The notes under the pieces are model-generated. The model had not been told where the DNA came from and did no database searches. It saw nothing but the letters and a program-made list of their open reading frames with translations. The translations under genes and the position numbers were made by a program. From an uncultured Gammaproteobacteria bacterium (GTDB taxonomy: Bacteria; Pseudomonadota; Gammaproteobacteria; UBA9214), in the NCBI GenBank assembly GCA_963773065.1, contig CAVYZN010000009.1:128001-192000 (forward strand): 64,000 nucleotides of DNA, in the 5' to 3' direction. Shown here piece after piece: positions 32,258 through 41,142 of the stretch (its first letter is position 1; every line of letters starts with the position of its first letter).

Positions 32258-32999
32258 ATGAACATCAAAAAAACTGCCCTTGCCACAGCTCTTGCGACTG
32301 TCATGGGTTTTACCGCAGTCGCCGCACAGGCCGCCGCGGTTGTCAATGGTGATACACTGAATATCCAATCTCCCACATTAGATGCCAGTGGGTATGTTGT
32401 TACCGGCAGCGGTTCCTACTTCGCTATGGATAACAACGCTAACAGTAAGATTGCCAATACTGAGAAGGTTGGACTCTCACAAGGGCACCACCGGTCTCGT
32501 CATCGGCGTGACTACTTCGGCCGGCGCCAGCCACGGCGGCGCGCCGACCGGCGGCGACACCAATGCCATCGATGCCCCGTGGGGCTTCTTTGGCAACACC
32601 GGCAGCGACTACGTGACCGTCGGCGTCACCGGCAGCACCACCGCCGGCCTGGGCATGAGCGGCTGGACCGTCACCTGGAACGGCATCGCCGCCATTCCCA
32701 TGGGCACCGGCGCTTGGACGGCTGTCACTGGCGCTGGTTCCACCGGCGCCACGGGTACTTTCGCCAATGGCGTGGGCAGGTTCACTTGGGATGGCGTGTA
32801 TGGCGACGCCTACACCCTGGACTACCATGCGACCGTGCCGGTCGGCGATCCCTCCGGCTTCGGTGGTGTGAAGTACGAACTGCACCTGCAGGGCCTCGTG
32901 ACCGAACCCGCTCGTCCCGGTCCCGGCTGCTGCCTGGCTGTTCGGCTCGGTCTGATGGGCTTGGTGGGCATTGCCCGCCGCAAGACCAGACAGGTCTAA
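32258..32999 (+). CDS. Surface protein B: signal peptide + 'GDPSGFGGV' domain + VPLPA-CTERM (PEP-CTERM class) tag (frameshifted)
   Basis: RBS GAGAGGAG; signal 'MNIKKTALATALATVMGFTAVAAQA'; from 32914 reads VPVPAAAWLFGS then GLMGLVGIARRKTRQV*. Confidence 0.85.
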
Positions 33000-33012
33000 G
33001 CGATCGAGTAAC

Positions 33013-33087
33013 GGCGTACGAGCGCAAGCTTGTACGCCAAGCTCTTAAGATGGCCGGTATGGCGCAAAGCCTGCCGGCCATTTTTTT
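33013..33087 (+). terminator. Tandem hairpins ending in an intrinsic terminator
   Basis: GGCGTACGAGC-GCAA-GCTTGTACGCC then ATGGCCGG…CCGGCCAT + T7. Confidence 0.8.
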
Positions 33088-33371
33088 ATCTGTATACGCC
33101 GTCCAGCCGGCGCCGCGTTCAATCTCGCCGGTATAACCGCGGGGCGCCCGTACCCTCGTATGTATTGAGCTTCACGGACGGGCGTGCTAGGTTTCTTAAT
33201 ACAACGACAAGAAACACCACATAAAGCGACACATACACTTGAATAACTACGCATTGGGCGTGGCGTTGGCCGCAGCGGTGGCTGGCGCAAGACCCGTGGT
33301 CAATCGCAGTATTATTGATGGGCGCTGTGCTGACCATGAGCCTTAGGCTTGGATAATGAAGGAGCGCGACG

Positions 33372-34319
33372 ATGTATCGAAACAGAATAGTGCGGCATAG
33401 CGGTGTGACGGTCTACGTGCGCCTGGGCGCTATGGCGTTGCTGCTGCTCGGCTGGCTGATCGGCCTGGGTGGCTGCACCGCCGTCAATACCTTCCCGATG
33501 GCGGCGCGCTCCGGCGACACGATTTCGGTCATGATCGGCGGCAGCGAGCTGGCGCGCAAGGAAACCATCGGCGCCGTGCTCACGGATGCATCAGGCGGGC
33601 AGCATGACCTGCAGGCGCTGGGGCTAGTGCGCTCGGTGTTCAACCTGCGCCCCGACGGACGTGCCGAGGGTTTGCATTATTCCGACTACCTGGATACGTA
33701 CATCTCCTGGTTCTTCGGGCATGAACCGGTGCAGACGGTGCTGGTGGCGGACCTGCCGACGGGCCTGCCGCCGGGTATCGCCACCCTGGCGGTGAATCTG
33801 AACGCATCCGACAACAGTTCCGGTATCGGTGACCCGGCGCGCATCAAGCTCGAAGTGCTTAGCGGCGCCGGCGCAGCAGATTCCTTTTTGCGGAAAACCA
33901 CACAAGGTCCGACGCCGGCCGATCTCCTGGCCCTGGAACCCGCGCCCTACGCCAAGCTGACCTTCCCCGCCGGGGCCATCATCGGTGCGGCCGATCTGGT
34001 GATCGATGTCGATCAGTCCGCCGTCAATCTGGACGATCTGAATGTCTATGTGCCGGAGTCGACCGTGCGCGGCTCGGTTGGAGATCCCGGCGCCTTCGGC
34101 GACAAGCAGCGCATGGTGTACTGGCATCATGACACTAACCGGCTATATATCGACATTGTTGCGCCACAAGGTATCGATGGCCGTTTTCTGATGCTTTACG
34201 TCATGCACCCGCGCGATTTGCCGGCTTCGCCCAACTTCGCGCTGAACAGCGCCACGGTGTATGACCTCAACGGACAGCCGCAGTCGATACAGCCGGTGCT
34301 GACCTATATGCCGAACTGA
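33372..34319 (+). CDS. Hypothetical lipoprotein
   Basis: Hydrophobic stretch ending in lipobox-like 'LGGC'; beta-rich body; intact 315-aa ORF. Confidence 0.65.
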   Translation: MYRNRIVRHSGVTVYVRLGAMALLLLGWLIGLGGCTAVNTFPMAARSGDTISVMIGGSELARKETIGAVLTDASGGQHDLQALGLVRSVFNLRPDGRAEGLHYSDYLDTYISWFFGHEPVQTVLVADLPTGLPPGIATLAVNLNASDNSSGIGDPARIKLEVLSGAGAADSFLRKTTQGPTPADLLALEPAPYAKLTFPAGAIIGAADLVIDVDQSAVNLDDLNVYVPESTVRGSVGDPGAFGDKQRMVYWHHDTNRLYIDIVAPQGIDGRFLMLYVMHPRDLPASPNFALNSATVYDLNGQPQSIQPVLTYMPN

Positions 34320-34369
34320 GGCAGATCCGTACTGATGGTGATTAGCCGGGTCTTGAGGGAATAGCGCTT

Positions 34370-34510
34370 ACTTAGTGTTCATCCATAATACACCATTTTC
34401 ACCGCAAAGACACAAAGTACGCGAAGAAACTTATTAACCAAACAATTAAATAGCTTTGCGTTCTTTGCGCCTTTGCGGTGAGTTTATTTCTTTATGGATG
34501 GACACTAAGT
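34370..34510. mobile_element. MITE-like element with 19-bp TIR (1 mismatch) and internal CGCAAAG inverted repeat
   Basis: ACTTAGTGTTCATCCATAA / TTATGGATGGACACTAAGT. Confidence 0.75.
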
Positions 34511-34633
34511 CAGTGCCATTCGGGTCATGGGCCGATCGGTGCAGTGGCGTCTCCGGTCCATTCTATCGTTGCCCGGTTGGGCGCTGCTACGGCCGGATGT
34601 CCACAACCCGTGAATGATCGGTTGAGATAGGCG

Positions 34634-36322
34634 ATGAAGCGTACGGCGCCCGATGCGGGGCTGGGACAGTTGCTGGAGTTGTTCCAGGCGGGGCGGCTGA
34701 TCGAGGCGCGCGCGCTGGGACAGCAACTCGGCAAGTCTTTATCGAAGCATCCACAGTTGTTGAATCTGCTTGGCGCCATCCATGGCCGTCTGGGCGAGTT
34801 CGCTCAGGCGGAATCCTGTTATCGGACCCTGTGCTCGCTCGAACCGAAGTCCCATGAATATCGGTATTACCTGGGCATGGCGCTGATCATGCAGGGCCGG
34901 CTTCAGGAGGCCGTGGCGCCTTTCATGGAAATGCTGCGGCTTCAGCCGGAGTTCGCGCAGGGTCATATGCAGATGGGGTGTCTGCTGCGTGATCTTGGTC
35001 ATCACGATGCCGCGATCAGGCATTTCGAACAGGCGTTGCGGCTGAATCCCGCCCTGGCGGATGCCGCCGTGTTTCTGGCCAACCTGCTGGTTTTTCGCGG
35101 GCAGTTCGATCCGGCCTTGCGCTGGCTCGACCGCGCGCTGCAACTGCGTCCCGATCATCAGGATGCCCTGGCCGCCAAAGCGCTGCTGCTGGAAAAGCGC
35201 GGTGAGCCGGCGGCGGCCTGGGCCTGCATCCAGCCGGCGCTTGCCGCGCCGGTCCCGTCGCCCGGGCTGGCGATCGCCTACGCCACGCTCGGCGCCGCGC
35301 CATGAGCAGAGTGCGTCCGCGCAGGCCCTGCTCAAACGGGTGTTGTCCCGTAACGATCTGGCGCCCTCCCAGCGACAGGAACTGCATTTCGCGCTGGCGG
35401 GCCTGTGCGATACGGCCGGGGAGTACGATGCGGCCTTCGAACATTATCATGCCGCCAATGCGCTGAATCGTTTCCCCTTTGATGTCGCCGCATTGCGTGA
35501 CAAGGCGGAACGTGTCATGCGCTTCTTCGCCGAGGTCGAAGTTCCCATCTGTGACGGTGCGCGCGGGAGAAGGCCCCAGCCCGATTTTCATTGTCGGCAT
35601 GCCGCGCTCGGGCACCTCCCTGATCGAACAGATTCTCGCCTGTCATCCGGATATCGCCGCGGGAGGGGAGCTGGAAACGATGGCGGAGATCGAGCGCGAC
35701 ATGCCGGGTCTGCTGGGGCGATCGGAGTCTTATCCCGACTGTTTGCGCGGGGCGACGGCGGCCGGGCTGGAGCCGTTGGCGCGGCGCTATCGGGAGCGGA
35801 TCGCCGGGATCTCCCAGGGGCGCCGCTATGTGACTGACAAGCTGCCGGGCAATTACGAGCGGCTGGGGCTGATTGCCAGCGCTCTTCCCGGATGCGCGCA
35901 TCGTGCACATGCAACGTGATGCGCGCGATACCTGCCTGTCGTGCTATTTCCAGAATTTCGTCAATACGCAGGCGTACTCTACGAACCTCGGCGCGCTGGG
36001 CGAGGTTTACAAACTATATGAAGCAATGATGAAGCGCTGGCGCGAGATATCGCCGATCGGAATCCTGGATATTCGTTATGAGGCTCTCGTTGATCATCCC
36101 GAGGAAACGGTTAAGAAATTGCTGGCCTTTTGTGATCTGCCATGGAACGCGAAATGCCTCGAGTTCCATAAATCGGATCGCTACATCAATACGGCCAGCT
36201 ATGCTCAGGTCAGAGAGCCTATTTATCATCGTTCGGTCGGCCGGTGGAAGAACTATGAGTCGCACCTGGGAGAGTTGATTGCTGCACTATCGAGACAACC
36301 TCAAAGTGGATCACCTGCATAA
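34634..36322 (+). CDS. TPR-containing sulfotransferase 2 (frameshifted)
   Basis: TPRs; 'PIFIVGMPRSGTSLIEQIL-CHP', 'TDKLPGN', 'RDARDTCLSCY', 'TASYAQVREPIY--SVGRWKNY'. Confidence 0.88.
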
Positions 36323-36380
36323 AACTGCGGCATGACTGACCTTCATAATTACCAGTAAACAATGTCCTTATGGGCGCTGG

Positions 36381-36985
36381 TCAGCGAAAAGCTGGGCCAT
36401 GCACCCAGGCAACAATAGCGTGGCGTGTACCTCGTGACACCGGCGTGACACGATGCCCAAGGAAGGATGGGAATACAATAACCGAACCCTGATTATTATC
36501 GCCTACACCCCCTCCCCCAGGAATTCAAGCTGACCACCGTCGTAGTCTGCGGGATCGGAAAGTTGCAGGCTGATGCTCAGTTTGCGAGTAGATTCACGGC
36601 CTGGTCCGAGATCGATATGCCAATCGTAATGTCCACCATCAGTATAGGAAGCATATTGGAACATCTCGAATCCTTGAAGATCGTATCGGTACTGCTGATT
36701 CACAAATTCGACGAGCTTTTCCATTTTCGCGAATACCCATTCCGTTTTGTCGGTTGGTGGAAGGTAGCGTACCACTGACTTACGGATACGATACTGGGTT
36801 TCCCAGTTGTCCGCCTCCGTACTCCTGCTGATACGACCTTCTATCGGCTCCAGGGACTGCCCAATCGAATTGATCTGTTCACATTCTTGCTTTGTGAAAC
36901 AGCCCTGAATAGAGGCATAGAGGGCTACATGATCATTGCGCCAACGTGCTACTTGAGATTCCAGATACCGGCAAACAAGACTCAT
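36381..36985 (-). CDS. 2OG-Fe(II) oxygenase, prolyl-hydroxylase/PKHD-like (frameshift ~36505)
   Basis: 'HYDWHID…RKLSISLQLS---YDGGQLEF', then 'GSVIVFPSFLGHRVTPV-RGTR--IVAW--GP-FR*'. Confidence 0.85.
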
Positions 36986-37152
36986 ATCTTCACCTGCATA
37001 TTAAAATCACAGTTATGATCCGCCACGACAGGCTCATGGTCTCTAGACTAACGAGGAATTGAAGGCTGCACACCCGTTATGGGTTTGTATTTTATTTTTT
37101 ATCGAGGCTTGTCATCTCGATGAGATAGCGCCGTTCGAAATTGACAGGCGAT

Positions 37153-38928
37153 TCATGCCGCATGCTCGCACCACTTCTTCCACATGACACGGTAGGCATC
37201 TTCAACCGACGTCGTAAAATCTTTCTCGGCGCACAGCGGTGAAGTCGAAACCCGCTCGCGCAGGGATGCGCGCAGTCGCGCCAATTCATTCAGGTCGTTG
37301 GCCAGATCCACGGCACGGCGGATATAGTCGTCCGGTGAGTGCGCAACCAGGTCGGCGAGTCCCGCCTGCGATAACAAACTCATACCCACGCGACTCGCGT
37401 GTATGGCCCCTGCCAGGGTGACCACCGGAATCCCCATCCACAGCGCTTCGCACGTGGTGGTGGTGCCATTATACGGAAAGGTATCCAGCGCAATATCAAC
37501 CTTGCCATAAACATTCATATGGCCGGACTGCGACGGCACCGGGCCGAGCAACTCAAGACGTTCTGTATCGACGCCGTGTTCGCCAAAACTCCGGTAGCAA
37601 ATCTGTCGCGTTCCGGCATCGCCGAAAGAGGGGTTTTTCATGATAAGGCGCGCACTCGGCAGCGCCTGCAGAATCGCGGCCCACGTCGAAACAACCTGCG
37701 GGGTGACTTTCATGAAATTATTGAAAGAGCCAAAGGTAACGCTGCCGCGGGTACTGGCGGGCAGCGAGGTGATCTCAGGGGCATCCTCCAGGCAGCGATA
37801 ACAGAGGAAGCCCTGCGGCAGTCGTATGAGCGTCTCCGTGTGGTAGATCTCCGTAGTCCCGGGGGGATCGGCCCATGCGTCCGTAAATCGGTAATCCATG
37901 GCTGGAATTCCGGTGGTATTTGGATAGCCGAGGTAAGTCACTTGAATCGGGGCAGGCTTGGCGGTGAACACCATGAGACGGTTGTCTGTGTTATGACCTG
38001 CAAGATCCACCAGGATGTCGATACGGTCGGATCGAATCCGCTCGACGAGTGCGGCGTCGCTCATGCCACGGGTGTTTAACCAATGCTTCGCTATGGCGCG
38101 CAGCCTTTCGGTGACAATGTCCGGTGTGACCTCCTCGGCGTAACAGTAGGTTTCCACCTGCTCTGGATCGTGGTTGGCAAGTAGCGGCTCGAAGAAGGAT
38201 ACGACCGAGTGCCGGTGCAGGTTCGGGGATACGTATCCGATGCGCAACTTGCGGTCCGGATTGCGGTTATTAGGGTGTTTGTGAATGGGTTGCGTGCCCA
38301 GTTGATGAGTTTGACCCCAGCGAAGGTGTTCTGCATAGATCGAGGCCGCGTCGTAGTCGGCGCTGTAATTCAAGGTGCTGACCAGATCGCTGTGTATCTG
38401 GTGGGAGCGTGGCTGGAGGTTTAATTCATGCCGGTAACACGATACCGCGCCGGCAATTTGTCCGCGCCGCTGAAGGATGCAGCCTATCAAGGCGTGCACC
38501 TCGGGAATGCCCGGCGCCAGCGCCACCGCCCGTTGATAGCATGCCAGCGCCTCGTCATATCTGTCTTGCAGGTGAAACACCTTGCCGAGTTGCACGTTCG
38601 CCGGCACATGGGCTGGATTGATCCGCAATACGCGATGAAATACATCAGCGGCTTCATCGTGCCTGGCCTGCAGCAGAAGCGCGCACGCCAGATGATAATG
38701 GGCATCGACTGACCCGGGTTGGATGGCGATGATCTCGCGACAACATCGTTCAACCTCAGACGCCTGGCCCAGTTGCGCATGGATCTGCGTCAGGCAGATC
38801 CATGTCTCCATATCGCTGGGATCCAATCGAGACACTTCGCCAAAAAGTTCTTTGGCTTTCAGCAATCTGTTATTTTGAAAGTAGGCCATCGCCCGCTTTT
38901 TTTTCTCATTCAGTAACAGATGACTCAT
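37153..38928 (-). CDS. TPR + GT41 (SPINDLY-like) glycosyltransferase, copy 4
   Basis: Intact 591 aa; 'LRIGYVSP', 'PAPIQVTYLGYPNTTG', 'TFGSFNN--K', 'DTFPYNGTTTTCEALWMG-PV'. Confidence 0.92.
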   Translation of the reverse strand: MSHLLLNEKKKRAMAYFQNNRLLKAKELFGEVSRLDPSDMETWICLTQIHAQLGQASEVERCCREIIAIQPGSVDAHYHLACALLLQARHDEAADVFHRVLRINPAHVPANVQLGKVFHLQDRYDEALACYQRAVALAPGIPEVHALIGCILQRRGQIAGAVSCYRHELNLQPRSHQIHSDLVSTLNYSADYDAASIYAEHLRWGQTHQLGTQPIHKHPNNRNPDRKLRIGYVSPNLHRHSVVSFFEPLLANHDPEQVETYCYAEEVTPDIVTERLRAIAKHWLNTRGMSDAALVERIRSDRIDILVDLAGHNTDNRLMVFTAKPAPIQVTYLGYPNTTGIPAMDYRFTDAWADPPGTTEIYHTETLIRLPQGFLCYRCLEDAPEITSLPASTRGSVTFGSFNNFMKVTPQVVSTWAAILQALPSARLIMKNPSFGDAGTRQICYRSFGEHGVDTERLELLGPVPSQSGHMNVYGKVDIALDTFPYNGTTTTCEALWMGIPVVTLAGAIHASRVGMSLLSQAGLADLVAHSPDDYIRRAVDLANDLNELARLRASLRERVSTSPLCAEKDFTTSVEDAYRVMWKKWCEHAA

Positions 38929-39075
38929 GCCAAAAGAACCTCATACCGACACCGGCCACGACATGGCGAGGCTAGTTGTACAGCGCTATTCCTGATTTTC
39001 ACGGCCCTGGCCGATGCAGTTGTGGTCACAGCCCATATCGCATGAGAGTCGGGCAGTTAAGTTGTTATTCATTTG

Positions 39076-39723
39076 TTAGCTGATTTTTCCATGGCAATGT
39101 TTGAACTTTTTCCCGCTACCGCAGGGACAGGGCTGGTTACGCCCAGTTTCCTTATTCATTGATGCGTCAGTTGACTCGGAACTACGGCGTTTTTCGGCAA
39201 TCATATTCAAGCTGATTGGTACTCCCTTGAATATCATGGAACTCGTGTCATTGAACAAACCAAAAACTTTCACCCTTTTTATATTTACATATCCAGAGGT
39301 ATTGAGGAATTCAGTGAGAAATTCTTCATTTAATCCGACGACGTGATAGTCGTATTTATCTATGTGGCCTCCAAAGATCATGCGCATGACAAAGAACCGT
39401 TCCCCAACGGTTAGCTTGTTCTTCGCCAGAATTAACCCCGCGAGCGTATCCAGGTCGGGAACGCTGATGAATACTCTTCCGCCTGGTTCGAGAACCCTGT
39501 TCCATTCTTTGAGGGTATCCGTCAGTTCACCGTTATAGTCGAGATGTTCGACGACGTGAGATGCGTATATTTCGGTAAATGTGTTATCAGCAAACTTAGA
39601 TAGATTATTAGCATTACAGACATGATCGACATAGGGGGCTGGTATCGCATTCAAAACCTCCCACCCATCGGATTTAATCTGCCCACCTATGTGCAATCTT
39701 CTAGGCATTGGCGCTGTACTCAT
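39076..39723 (-). CDS. SAM-dependent methyltransferase with C-terminal SEC-C motif
   Basis: 'RRLHIGG', 'IYASHVVEH', 'EW-RVL-PGG---ISVPD'; 'GRNQPCPCGSGKKFKHCHG'. Confidence 0.85.
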   Translation of the reverse strand: MSTAPMPRRLHIGGQIKSDGWEVLNAIPAPYVDHVCNANNLSKFADNTFTEIYASHVVEHLDYNGELTDTLKEWNRVLEPGGRVFISVPDLDTLAGLILAKNKLTVGERFFVMRMIFGGHIDKYDYHVVGLNEEFLTEFLNTSGYVNIKRVKVFGLFNDTSSMIFKGVPISLNMIAEKRRSSESTDASMNKETGRNQPCPCGSGKKFKHCHGKIS

Positions 39724-40136
39724 GGTCGTCTAAGGAACCTATGATCAATTCATGCGATGCTTCGACTGCGTTGATAGGAGCCATATACCTGTGGAGAGTA
39801 TTGCAAATATGAACTCCTGGGTAGGCGCAATACTGGCAGAAACATTACGACGCGTCGTTTATCTCTTATAACCGGGCAATAGGTTGGTTGTTGAGTGGTT
39901 GTATTATCCCGTGAATTCAATTTGTACGCGCGACTCTGTCTGGTCGGTCAGAAATTGAAGCTATTTTTAAAATATGCGGCCATATGTTAATAAATCGTGA
40001 GAATTAACACCAAAATTCCATGATCTGGACAATTTGTCTGAATGATGCATAATTACGAAATTTTACTGGAGTGTTATACGTAAAAATTTGGCCAGCGCTT
40101 CGATCTGCTGTTTATTCTCCAGGAAAGAGTCCATAA

Positions 40137-40595
40137 ATGGCCGCTTATAGAATTCTAGTTCTCAACGGGCCCAATCTGAACCTCTTGGGAACACGCGAGC
40201 CCGAGCATTATGGAGTCACGGCGCTTGAGGACATCATAAAGCGATTAGCCGAACTGGCCGAGGTGGAAGGTGCGGAACTGGCAAACTTGCAGAGCAACGC
40301 CGAGCATGAGTTGATCGAGCGAGTTCATGCGGCCCCGAAAGACGGCATCGACTTCATTATTATCAACCCAGCGGCATTCACCCACACCAGTGTCGGGTTG
40401 AGGGATGCCCTGCAGGCCGTCGGCATTCCCTTCATCGAAGTCCATCTGTCAAACATCCATGCGCGTGAGGAATTCCGGAAGCAATCCTATTTTTCGGACG
40501 TCGCCGTGGGGGTGATCTCGGGGTTGGGACCGATCGGCTATGAGCTGGCCTTGCGGGCGGCGGTGCGGTATCTGGAAGGGAAAAGTGAGAAGTAA
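40137..40595 (+). CDS. aroQ: Type II 3-dehydroquinate dehydratase
   Basis: '[18 protein letters not shown]', '[10 protein letters not shown]', '[14 protein letters not shown]'. Confidence 0.97.
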   Translation: MAAYRILVLNGPNLNLLGTREPEHYGVTALEDIIKRLAELAEVEGAELANLQSNAEHELIERVHAAPKDGIDFIIINPAAFTHTSVGLRDALQAVGIPFIEVHLSNIHAREEFRKQSYFSDVAVGVISGLGPIGYELALRAAVRYLEGKSEK

Positions 40596-40671
40596 AAAGT
40601 GAAACGTGAAGCGTGAGGGGCTAGTGCTTCAATGGTGCGCGTGGCGCACCCTACATTAACCAGGCTTTAAC

Positions 40672-41142
40672 ATGGACATACGCAAAGTCAAGAAGCTGAT
40701 CGAGCTGCTGGCGGAATCCAACATCGCGGAGATCGAGATCCACGAAGGGGAGGAGTCGGTGCGGATCAGTCGCATGGCCCCGGCCATGCAGGCGCCTCAG
40801 TATATGCCGGCCTATGCGCCGGGGATGTACGCGACCATGCCCCCCACTGCGCAGGCGCCCGCGATCGGTCCGGATCCCGTGCCGGCGGCCGAAAAACCGG
40901 CGCCCCAGGGTCATGTAGTCACTTCCCCGATGGTCGGGACGTTCTACGAGGCCCCGTCGCCCGGCGCCAAGCCGTTTGTCGAGGTGGGACACCACGTCAA
41001 CATCGGTGACACGCTCTGCATCATCGAGGCCATGAAGATGTTAAACCAGATCGAGGCCGACAAGGCCGGCAGGATTACCGCCCGGCTGGTCGAAAACGGA
41101 CAACCGGTTGAGTTCGGTCAGGAACTGTTCGAGATCGGCTGA
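40672..41142 (+). CDS. accB: Acetyl-CoA carboxylase biotin carboxyl carrier protein
   Basis: '[12 protein letters not shown]', 'SPMVGTFY', biotinylation motif EAMKM. Confidence 0.97.
   Translation: MDIRKVKKLIELLAESNIAEIEIHEGEESVRISRMAPAMQAPQYMPAYAPGMYATMPPTAQAPAIGPDPVPAAEKPAPQGHVVTSPMVGTFYEAPSPGAKPFVEVGHHVNIGDTLCIIEAMKMLNQIEADKAGRITARLVENGQPVEFGQELFEIG

Noticed and set aside
23535-32900. Diversity-generating retroelement TR/VR pair
   Set aside because: No reverse transcriptase in the window, differences are not adenine-specific, and both copies are coding.
39724-40136. ncRNA or riboswitch in AT-rich intergenic regions (also 14850-15170, 21200-21500, 25700-25960)
   Set aside because: No recognisable conserved structure; consistent with ordinary promoter regions. 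An Rfam scan would be needed to exclude it.
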